A DNA stretch of 57,283 nt, filler included, from a bacterium (lineage in GTDB: Bacteria > UBA9089 > CG2-30-40-21 > SBAY01): the NCBI GenBank assembly GCA_040757115.1. It is 3 parts of 3 records of this genome, joined end to end, with 100 filler letters (N's around TTAATTAATTAA, not from the genome) between each part and the next. Parts side by side here need not be neighbours in the genome. Positions count along the whole stretch, not along the records: positions 1 to 19,088 come from JBFLYA010000060.1; positions 19,189 to 38,253 come from JBFLYA010000061.1; 1 more part is not named here. The stretch is one strand, 5' to 3'. The translations under genes and the position numbers were made by a program. Positions 18,550-26,339 of the stretch are shown here, in pieces. Positions within the stretch are counted from its first letter, which is position 1, and each line of letters starts with the position of its first letter. The notes beneath the pieces are model-generated. The model was given only the letters and a program-made list of their open reading frames with translations. It ran no database searches and was not told where the DNA came from.

Positions 18550-18797
18550 TTAGCCTTATAGAAATAAATAAAGCCACTGATATACACTGATTGAACACGG
18601 ATAAAGAATGGGTTTAAAAGCGACGGAGATAGAAGTTGGGCTGCTCATAAATTTTGGAAGGGAAGAAGTAGAATTTAAACGATTTGTTTATTAAAATCTG
18701 TGTTTCATCCGTGTAAATCCGTGGCTAAAAAATAATAATTAGGCTAACCAATCGCTGCACCTGACCCTCGCTTCGCTCGGGCAGGTGAGCTTGGTCG
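18550..18797 (+). mobile_element. Integron-type gene cassette at a secondary site
   Basis: Begins G|TTAGCCT and ends with an attC-like site whose inverse core AGGCTAAC is the exact complement. Confidence 0.72.
18608..18694 (+). pseudogene. Internally deleted GxxExxY-family gene
   Basis: MG+LKATEIEVGLLINFGREEVEFKRFVY* resembles the GxxExxY C-terminus; flanked by ACACGGAT/ATCCGTGT inverted arms. Confidence 0.75.
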
Positions 18798-18803
18798 TTA
18801 TTT
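18742..18803 (+). other. attC-like recombination site
   Basis: GGCTAAC-CAATC-GCTGCACCTGACC-(CTCGCTTCGCTCG)-GGCAGGTGAGC-TTGGTC-GTTA: R and L boxes with extrahelical bases. Confidence 0.78.
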
Positions 18804-19088
18804 TTCAGTATTTTCTAATTTTGATATTAAAATTTTTCTTGACAGGATATTTTATTTGTGCTACTCTATAAATAGCCTAACTTATAATGCAGTAAAATAA
18901 AAACTGCCAATAGGTAGTATAATCTAAGGTTAGACTAATAAAAATAATCACACAGAGACATAAAGTCACAAAGGAATTGAATAAAACAATAAACCTTTGT
19001 GTTCTTTGTGGCTTTGTGTGAGAAAATAAAAAGGAGATATTTTAGGGTCAAACCGTAAATGTGGAATGCACAATAATTCGGTGAGGCA

Positions 19089-19188
19089 NNNNNNNNNNNN
19101 NNNNNNNNNNNNNNNNNNNNNNNNNNNNNNNNTTAATTAATTAANNNNNNNNNNNNNNNNNNNNNNNNNNNNNNNNNNNNNNNNNNNN
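19089..19188. other. Assembly gap with artificial six-frame-stop linker
   Basis: N-run containing TTAATTAATTAA. Confidence 0.95.
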
Positions 19189-19314
19189 TGATTGTGGAAA
19201 ACAACAAATTTCCATAAATTTCTATTAGTTTCTATTAATTTCAATTTTTTTAATAATATCTCCCTATCTCCTTAATCTCCACATCTCCTTTTGTTACACT
19301 ACCTGAACGCTTAC
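19189..19314 (-). mobile_element. Partial GTAAG/GTAAC-family MITE
   Basis: Near-identical reverse complement of 44793-44917; ends CCTGAACGCTTAC. Confidence 0.8.
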
Positions 19315-19392
19315 ATTTATTTCTATGTCTTCTCTGTTCCTCTGCGTCTCTGCGGTAAATTACCACCTGAACGGTTACGAAAAAACTTTATC

Positions 19393-19424
19393 ACCCAATC
19401 TTCTTGGCGAAGGTTGGGTTTTTT
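19393..19424 (+). terminator. Riboswitch expression-platform terminator without visible aptamer
   Basis: ACCCAATCTTCTTGGCGAAGGTTGGGTTTTTT, identical to the terminators at 32617 and 35680. Confidence 0.8.
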
Positions 19425-19504
19425 GTTGGATAAACGGTCATAACCGTGCGATTCACAGAAATAGCTTTTAGTTCGAGTGTCTGACATTATTTTCAGGAGA
19501 ACCA

Positions 19505-20494
19505 ATGGATACAATACTACTTTTAGGACACGGCAGCAGATTGACAGCGGCAAATACCCCACTTAAACAGATGGCTGATATGATAAAAGAGATGGGGAAT
19601 ATCCCTTGTGTAGAAATAGCCTTTCTGCAGTTTAGCAAACCTGATTTCTTTGATGGCGTGTCTGCTTGTGTGTCAAAAGGTGCCAAAAGAATAATTATCT
19701 ATCCCTATTTCCTCTACAAGGGAAGACATTTCTATGAAGATATTCCTGAAATGATTGAGGAAGCACGGAAAAGATACAGTGATGTTGAATTTATCCTCAC
19801 CGAACCTATTGATGTGCACGAAAATATTGCAAAGATTATCGTTGAAAGATTAAAGAATGAAATTAAAGAGGTAAAAATCCTTAAACCTCACGAGATAGAA
19901 GGGAAAAGCCTTGAAATAATTAGCGAAGAACTTGGACAGACTAATTTCACAAATACAGAATTATCTGTAGTAAAACGGGTTATCCACGCTAGCGGAGATT
20001 TTGATTTTGTCCAAAATATGCGTTTTCACCCTGATGCCATTGAGTCAGGGATAAAGGCAATAAAAGCAGGCAGGGATATCTTAGTGGATGTTAAAATGGT
20101 AGAGGCAGGGATTAATAAAGAGATGCTTGAAAGGTGGGGAGGAAGGGTTATTTGTAAAATAGGGTCGGATATATCAGAGAAGTCTGACTATAAAACCAAA
20201 ACAGAAATGGGCATAGAAATTGCCGCAAGAGAAAATAATAATATTGGTATCGTTGCCATTGGCAATGCACCTACGGCACTTTATAAAACGATGAAACTGA
20301 TAAGAAATGGTGTTTTCAAGCCTGAATTGGTAATTGGTGTGCCAGTAGGATTTGTTAAAGCAAATGAGTCAAAAGAAGTGCTTCTCCATATGAAGTATCC
20401 ATTTATTACCTCTCTTGGAAGAAAAGGCGGAAGCCCTGTAGCAGTTGCCATTGTGAATGCACTATTAAAAATGGCAGAAGAAGGTGAGAAATAA
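19505..20494 (+). CDS. CbiX/SirB chelatase fused to CbiC/CobH precorrin-8X methylmutase
   Basis: GHGSR, P.FL..GRH..EDIP; then IEGKSLEII, RVIHASGD, IGNAPTAL, GVPVGFV, GRKGGSPVA. Confidence 0.9.
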   Translation: MDTILLLGHGSRLTAANTPLKQMADMIKEMGNIPCVEIAFLQFSKPDFFDGVSACVSKGAKRIIIYPYFLYKGRHFYEDIPEMIEEARKRYSDVEFILTEPIDVHENIAKIIVERLKNEIKEVKILKPHEIEGKSLEIISEELGQTNFTNTELSVVKRVIHASGDFDFVQNMRFHPDAIESGIKAIKAGRDILVDVKMVEAGINKEMLERWGGRVICKIGSDISEKSDYKTKTEMGIEIAARENNNIGIVAIGNAPTALYKTMKLIRNGVFKPELVIGVPVGFVKANESKEVLLHMKYPFITSLGRKGGSPVAVAIVNALLKMAEEGEK

Positions 20495-20524
20495 AGACCT
20501 CTTTAAAAAAGTGTAAAAAAAAAC

Positions 20525-20553
20525 TTGACTTTTTAATGGCATTGTGTTATCAT
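20525..20553 (+). promoter_or_regulatory. Candidate sigma70 promoter
   Basis: TTGACT-N17-TATCAT with extended TG. Confidence 0.55.
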
Positions 20554-20601
20554 TATTAAAAAAGTAACACAATCTACAAAGTAGGCAGCCCAACTATAAC
20601 G

Positions 20602-21273
20602 CATTCTTCAAGGGATAAATCCTCATTTAGCCCAAAGGTGGCTGTTGTCTATAACCCGTCTGAGAAGACAACCTTAAGGCTATCTCTGGGAAAGGCATTC
20701 AGACCTCCTACGGTTTATGAGCTCTACTGCACCTGGTCATACGCTGGTAAAACTTATGCTTGCAACCCAGATTTAAAGCCAGAGACTACCATATCGTGGG
20801 ATACTGGTGTGAACCAAAGGTTATGGAAAGGGGCAAAGCTCGGATTGACATATTTTGAGAACTACATAGAAGACCTTATCTATAACAAGACGGTTTCAGC
20901 TACTTATGAGCGTATAAATGTAGGAAAGGCGGAAAGTAAAGGTGTAGAATTTGAGGTAGAACAGAGATTTGAAAAGGGACTTCGGCTCTTTAGCAACTTT
21001 ACCTATACGAATGGAATGATAAAAGAGAATGAGGCAGCCACTAAGACTGTGGGTAAGAGGCTGACCCAGACACCCCAGAAGATGTTTAATCTTGGGGCTG
21101 AATTTGAAAAAGGTGGTTTCTCTACCTCTTTAGTTGGCAGGTATGTGAGCAAGAGATACAGTAAGGATGATAATAGCGATGTAGTTAACAATGTCTATAT
21201 GTCATACGATCCGTATTTTGTTACAGATGCAAAGCTCTCTTATAATTTTAAACAGATGAGTGCTTCCCTATAG
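20602..21273 (+). pseudogene. C-terminal fragment of a TonB-dependent receptor
   Basis: SFSPKV..GKAFRPPTVYELY..NPDLKPE, paralogous to 33010-35226; lacks plug, N-terminal barrel and last strands; left boundary approximate. Confidence 0.8.
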
Positions 21274-21326
21274 TCTGGAGGCAATAATAAAATACTAAGT
21301 AACTGTTGCGATAGAGACTATAATGC

Positions 21327-22166
21327 TTGGAAAAGATGATTATAACTAAAAAATTAACTAAACATTTCGGCAAAATAAAGGCAGTAGAAGGGCTTAATCT
21401 GCAGATTAATAAGGGTGAAATCTTTGGCTTGCTTGGACCAAATGGTGCAGGCAAAACCACTACTGTCCGTATGCTCAATACCTTGACGCTACCAACTTCA
21501 GGCTCTGCAGAGATTGATGGGCTGGATGTAGTAAAATCTGCTAATAAGGTTAAACGCTTGATTGGTGTCTGTCCGCAGGAGATGAACCTTGATAAAGAGC
21601 TTACAGCCAGGGAAAATTTGCGTATCCATGGACTGCTTTATCGTATGGAGGGTATTGAACAGAGGATAGATGAGCTGCTTTGCTGGTGTGGTTTGTCTGA
21701 AAGGGCAGATAATTTATTAAAGACATTTTCTGGCGGTATGCTCAGAAGATTGCTTGTTAGCCGCTCTATGATGCATCAGCCAAAGGTGCTGTTTCTGGAT
21801 GAGCCTACAGTTGGGCTTGACCCGCAGGTTAGACGCCAGATCTGGGATATTATCCGCGAGCTGAATAGGCAGGGGGTCACCATCTTGCTTACTACCCATT
21901 ACATTGAGGAGGCTGAATTGCTCTGTCAACGGGTAGGTATCCTCAATCATGGTAACTTGATTGCCTTAGGCAGCCCTGAAGAACTAAAGGAAAGGGTGGG
22001 CCATTTTGTAGTTGAGTCCCTTGATGATGGGGTGACTAATTATAGCTTGTTTGATAACCGAGAGGAGGCTTATAGTTTTGCGGAACAAAGGGTTGATGAT
22101 GTCCGTATCCGCGAGGCAAACTTAGAGGATGTGTTTATTAAGCTCACGGGTGAGAGGATGAATTAG
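21327..22166 (+). CDS. ABC transporter ATP-binding protein (DrrA/NodI-like)
   Basis: GPNGAGKTT, FSGGM, LDEPT, TTHY, LEDVFIKLTG. Confidence 0.92.
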   Translation: MEKMIITKKLTKHFGKIKAVEGLNLQINKGEIFGLLGPNGAGKTTTVRMLNTLTLPTSGSAEIDGLDVVKSANKVKRLIGVCPQEMNLDKELTARENLRIHGLLYRMEGIEQRIDELLCWCGLSERADNLLKTFSGGMLRRLLVSRSMMHQPKVLFLDEPTVGLDPQVRRQIWDIIRELNRQGVTILLTTHYIEEAELLCQRVGILNHGNLIALGSPEELKERVGHFVVESLDDGVTNYSLFDNREEAYSFAEQRVDDVRIREANLEDVFIKLTGERMN

Positions 22167-22462
22167 CCCAAAAACCTTTTAAGTCGTTTAAGGGCTGTTT
22201 TATAAACCTCAAGGTCTCTTCGGAACCCAACAGCAATTACTTCCACCAGAACCTTGTGTTTAAATATCTGGTAAACTATCCGATATTGCCCCACAGGGAG
22301 TTTGTATAACCCTTTCAGGGACTTTCGCAGAGGTTTGCCAAACTTATCTGGAGCAGTCGTAAGCTTGTAATTAATTTCTTTCAATATGCGACGCTGATTC
22401 TCCTTTGAGATATATTTGAAGTCTTCTTCAAGAACAAGGGTGTCAATTTCAACCTGATACAT
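22163..22462 (-). CDS. RelE/ParE-family toxin
   Basis: GKPLR..LKGLYKL.VGQYRIVY..V.VIAVG.R. Confidence 0.85.
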   Translation of the reverse strand: MYQVEIDTLVLEEDFKYISKENQRRILKEINYKLTTAPDKFGKPLRKSLKGLYKLPVGQYRIVYQIFKHKVLVEVIAVGFRRDLEVYKTALKRLKRFLG

Positions 22463-22738
22463 TTAACCAACCCTTTTCATGGCTTCTTCAAGAGGAATAG
22501 TTTTTCTATCTTTGCGGTTTAGCCTCTGTTGAGCAAGATTCTCAAGGGATAAATCTTCAAGTTCTTCGATTAACTCGGTCATTTGCTGATAGCGATCGTA
22601 ATCCAGGATAGCCATGATAGGCCTATTTCTCTTAGTGAGTACAACATTCTTTTCTTTGGCAGCATTTAAGATTTGGTTGAAATGTGTCCTTAATTCAGAG
22701 ACACCAACTAAGGTAGTTTCTTCTTTTATAGTAAACAT
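22463..22738 (-). CDS. Phd/YefM-family antitoxin
   Basis: VGVSELR..ILN..VVLTKRNRP.AILDY..Y..EELED. Confidence 0.85.
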   Translation of the reverse strand: MFTIKEETTLVGVSELRTHFNQILNAAKEKNVVLTKRNRPIMAILDYDRYQQMTELIEELEDLSLENLAQQRLNRKDRKTIPLEEAMKRVG

Positions 22739-22776
22739 AATCTAACCTCCTGATGATACACCTTATTGATTGTTAA

Positions 22777-22805
22777 ATTGTACAATGAATTGCTAAAATT
22801 GTCAA
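22777..22805 (-). promoter_or_regulatory. TA promoter with TGTACA operator palindrome
   Basis: TTGACA-N17-TACAAT; ATTGTACAAT palindrome overlaps -10 (TGTACA is the yefM-type operator core). Confidence 0.7.
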
Positions 22806-22816
22806 GGAGATTTTTG

Positions 22817-23557
22817 ATGAATTTCTATCCTATATTTTTACGAGAGATGCTTATCTTTAAGCGTCGGTTACTGCGTATCAGCTATCTATTCTCAACTATG
22901 GTTACACCATTGCTTTATTTAGTTGCTTTTGGACTGGGGCTGGGTCAGAGGCTTAGTATGGATGGGGTTTCTTATCTTATGTTTGTGGTGCCGGGTATTT
23001 GTGCGATGAGCTCCATGATTAATTCTTACACCTGGATTGCTACCTCAATTTCCGTTGGCAGGCTGCATTTCAAAACCTTTGATGAATACCATGTAAGCCC
23101 GGCAACCGCAGGGGATATAATGTTAGGTGAGGTATTATCCGGGGTAGTTCGCGGGCTCTTTGCTTCAAGCTTAATCCTCATAGCCGGGGCTATCTTTGGG
23201 GCAGGATTCCCGATGAATCCTCTGTTTTTGATCAGCTGGCTTCTAACCTGTTTGATCTTTGCCTGCTTTGGGGTTATCTCTGGATTCTTAGCAAAATCGC
23301 ATGAGGATACAGCTACCTTCTCCAACTTCTTTATTATGCCGATGGCATTCTTTTGCGGCACATTCTTTCCCATAGATAATCTGCCGCCATTTATCAAATG
23401 GTTTCTCTATATCCTGCCGCTTACCTATGCCAGCAAAACATTAAGGGCAAGTTTTCTGGGAGAGGAGGTAGAAATAATCTCCCTGGTGATTATGCTTGCT
23501 ATTTTTGTAGCCTGTTTCTACTGGGGGGTGCTAACTATCAGGAGGTCAAACAGATGA
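22817..23557 (+). CDS. ABC-2 type permease
   Basis: Hydrophobic; PLLYLVAFG, FVVPG, PMAFFCGTFFP..LP..PLT; ATG 22817 behind AAGGAG. Confidence 0.88.
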   Translation: MNFYPIFLREMLIFKRRLLRISYLFSTMVTPLLYLVAFGLGLGQRLSMDGVSYLMFVVPGICAMSSMINSYTWIATSISVGRLHFKTFDEYHVSPATAGDIMLGEVLSGVVRGLFASSLILIAGAIFGAGFPMNPLFLISWLLTCLIFACFGVISGFLAKSHEDTATFSNFFIMPMAFFCGTFFPIDNLPPFIKWFLYILPLTYASKTLRASFLGEEVEIISLVIMLAIFVACFYWGVLTIRRSNR

Positions 23558-24513
23558 GAGAGAAAGAATATAGGACTTATGGGGGAATCTTTTTAATTTG
23601 TGCTCTTTTTCTTTGTGGCGGTGCCAGACAACAGCCTGCTGTTAAAGGTGAAATCACAGGTTATGATGATTTTGGCAGGAAGATAGTTCTGGATAGAGCA
23701 CCTGAGCGGGTTGTGGTTATCAGTGCCAGTCCTATAGATGCCATATTTGAGATGGGGGCAGGGGATAAGATTGTTGGTGTGCCTGATGGTATTAGCCGCT
23801 CGTATCCGCAGACCTGCAAACAGTATCCGTCTTTGCTTGAAAGACCACAGGTAGGAGGCTTTAGTAATCCCAATCTGGAAAGGATCATCTCACTCAACCC
23901 TGACCTGATTATCTGTTACGACTCCAAAGATACACCTGGAAAGTATAGCAAAACCTTTAAAAAGATGGGGCTTGTTTATGCGGTCTTTACTACCCCTGAA
24001 GGGGTGGATTCAGGTCTGAGGCAGATAGAACGCTTAGGGGTTTTGCTGGGTAAGAAAGAGGAGGCAAAGGCATTGGTCAAGAGGCTAAAGCTCAGGATAG
24101 AGGAGGTGGTTTCCCAAATCAGCCCGCAAACAAAGAGTCGTCCTCTGATTTATTTCTGGTGGGGAACTGGCAATCTCACCTACGGTAAACGGGCAGCGAT
24201 TAATGAACTGATTGAGTTAGCGGGTGGAATTAATTTAGCCGCTAAATTCAACCGCCAGTATCTGGAGCTTTCACCAGAATATGTCCTCAGTAAGAATCCA
24301 GAGGTGATTCTCATCACCTACTGGCAGGAAAAGGATAGAGAACTTAGAGTAGCAGAGCTCAAAAGCCGGCCTGGCTTCAGTCAAGTGAAGGCAGTAAAGA
24401 ATAACCGCATATACACCATAGATGGGCACTGCTTTCAAACACCTGTGCTGTTTGCCGAGGCACTATGTAAATTAGCCGAGTTTATTCATCCGGAATTGAT
24501 AAAAGGGAAGTAG
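23554..24513 (+). CDS. BtuF-like periplasmic cobalamin/siderophore-binding protein
   Basis: DDFGR..PERVV, PNLERIISLNPD, NPEVI, AVKNNRIY; ATGA overlap with the permease, AGGAGGT RBS. Confidence 0.88.
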   Translation: MREKEYRTYGGIFLICALFLCGGARQQPAVKGEITGYDDFGRKIVLDRAPERVVVISASPIDAIFEMGAGDKIVGVPDGISRSYPQTCKQYPSLLERPQVGGFSNPNLERIISLNPDLIICYDSKDTPGKYSKTFKKMGLVYAVFTTPEGVDSGLRQIERLGVLLGKKEEAKALVKRLKLRIEEVVSQISPQTKSRPLIYFWWGTGNLTYGKRAAINELIELAGGINLAAKFNRQYLELSPEYVLSKNPEVILITYWQEKDRELRVAELKSRPGFSQVKAVKNNRIYTIDGHCFQTPVLFAEALCKLAEFIHPELIKGK

Positions 24514-24516
24514 CTA

Positions 24517-25551
24517 ATGGAGAAAAGATATTTGCTTGTTTTGGGTATTTTACTGGCTGGTTTAATTGCTGTCTGCCTGATAGCAATTATGGTTGGTCCT
24601 ATTTTTATCCACCCCTTGATGATTATTAAGATATGGCTTAGCAAGGTATTAGGGGGGTTAATTCAGCAGAGCTGGAGCAATATCCAGGAGACCATAGTGG
24701 TTGATATTCGCACCCCACGGGTTATCCTCTCCGGCTTAGTTGGTATGGGGTTGGCAATAGCCGGGGCAGCGATGCAAGGGTTATTCCGCAATCCTATGGC
24801 AGAACCCTATGTTCTGGGTATGTCTTCTGGTGCGGCTTGCGGTGCGGCATTGGCAATTGTGCTGGGTATAGGTAAACTGTGGGGAGGGTTCTCAATTTCT
24901 GCTCTATCTTTTATTGGCGCTACTACAAGTATATTTCTGGTCTATAATCTTGCCAAAACTGATGGTCGACTTCCTACAGAAACCTTGCTTTTAGCTGGTA
25001 TTGCCGTAGGCTTTTTCCTCCAGGCAGTGGTCTCATTTTTAAAGATTCTTGCCTCTTCTGAGGCGTTGAGGGATGTAGTCTTATGGTTGATGGGCTCTTT
25101 CTCCTTAGCTACCTGGGATGACATTCGCCTGGTTATTTTACCTATCTTCGCCGGAATAGGGGTAATTTATTTCCTGTCTCGGGAGCTAAATACCCTTCAA
25201 TTTGGGGAGGAGACGGCCCTGCATCTGGGTATAGAGGTTGAGTGGGTAAAGAGGATTTTGCTGATTGCTTCTGCACTGGTAACCGCTGTAGCAGTATCGG
25301 TAAGCGGGATAATAGGCTTTGTTGGGCTGATTATTCCGCATGTAGCCAGGCTGATGATTGGCCCTGGACATCATATCCTGTTGCCTGCCTCAGCACTAGG
25401 CGGAGGAATATTCCTTGTGTTCTGCGACACCCTGGCAAGAACCGTTGTCCAACCTCAAGAGATGCCAATTGGAATTATTACCGCAGCAATTGGTGCACCT
25501 TACTTTATTTATCTGTTAAGACGCAGAAAAAAAGCCATTAGTTGGTGGTGA
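24517..25551 (+). CDS. BtuC/FecCD-family permease
   Basis: R.PRV, QGLFRNPMAEPY.LG.SSGA, GEETA..LG, IGFVGLIIPH. Confidence 0.92.
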   Translation: MEKRYLLVLGILLAGLIAVCLIAIMVGPIFIHPLMIIKIWLSKVLGGLIQQSWSNIQETIVVDIRTPRVILSGLVGMGLAIAGAAMQGLFRNPMAEPYVLGMSSGAACGAALAIVLGIGKLWGGFSISALSFIGATTSIFLVYNLAKTDGRLPTETLLLAGIAVGFFLQAVVSFLKILASSEALRDVVLWLMGSFSLATWDDIRLVILPIFAGIGVIYFLSRELNTLQFGEETALHLGIEVEWVKRILLIASALVTAVAVSVSGIIGFVGLIIPHVARLMIGPGHHILLPASALGGGIFLVFCDTLARTVVQPQEMPIGIITAAIGAPYFIYLLRRRKKAISWW

Positions 25552-25559
25552 GGTGAATT

Positions 25560-26339
25560 ATGCTCAAGATTGACAACATATCTGCTTCATATCGTGAAAT
25601 GCTAGTGCTTGAGGAAATTAGCTTTCAGGTAGAAGAGAGCGAATTCCTGGGCATTATCGGACCAAACGGTGCAGGCAAGACCACCCTGTTTAAGGTAATG
25701 AGTGGGGTAAAATCTCCCTTAACAGGGGAGGTTATGCTGGAGGGGAAGAATTTGCGCAGTTTATCTCGCAAGGAGATAGCCAGGATAATGGCTGTTGTGC
25801 CGCAAAGTTCGTTTATTCCACCCCTATTTACGGTAGAGGATGTGGTTTTAATGGGTAGGTACCCACATCAAAAGAGTCGTTTTGTAACTAACCAGGAGGA
25901 TATAGCTGTGGCAGAGCAAGCCATGAGAGCGACCAATACTACAGAGTTTCGCTACAGACCAGTAAATGAGTTGAGCGGTGGAGAGAGGCAGGAGGTAATC
26001 ATTGCCAGAGCATTGGCACAGGAACCTAAATTACTCCTGCTGGATGAACCAACTGCCAACCTCGATATAAAACATCAGATGAGGATACTTAGGCTGGTAA
26101 AGGGATTGGTTAAAGAAAACAAAATTACAGCTATTATGATTATTCACGACCTGAATTTAGCCGCCAGATTCTGTGATAAACTTATTCTCCTGCATCATCA
26201 CAGGATATGTGCCCAGGGGAAACCAGAGGATGTCCTTACCCCAGGGAATCTTAAAGAGGCATACGAAGTAGATGTAACGGTTAGCTACAATGACTTTATC
26301 GGTGCCGTGCAGATGGTAGTGAGAGGAGGACGAATATGA
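25560..26339 (+). CDS. BtuD/FecE-like ABC ATPase
   Basis: GPNGAGKTT, LSGGERQ, LDEPTANLD, HDLNLA. Confidence 0.92.
   Translation: MLKIDNISASYREMLVLEEISFQVEESEFLGIIGPNGAGKTTLFKVMSGVKSPLTGEVMLEGKNLRSLSRKEIARIMAVVPQSSFIPPLFTVEDVVLMGRYPHQKSRFVTNQEDIAVAEQAMRATNTTEFRYRPVNELSGGERQEVIIARALAQEPKLLLLDEPTANLDIKHQMRILRLVKGLVKENKITAIMIIHDLNLAARFCDKLILLHHHRICAQGKPEDVLTPGNLKEAYEVDVTVSYNDFIGAVQMVVRGGRI

Noticed and set aside
18905-19088. 5' part of another cobalamin riboswitch (AATAGGT..TAATA)
   Set aside because: No GGGAA or GCCCCCGC core before the gap; interrupted by a palindrome.
19089-19188. TTAATTAATTAA inside N-runs (also 38254-38353) as a biological motif
   Set aside because: It is an artificial six-frame-stop contig linker; gene neighbourhoods across it were not interpreted.
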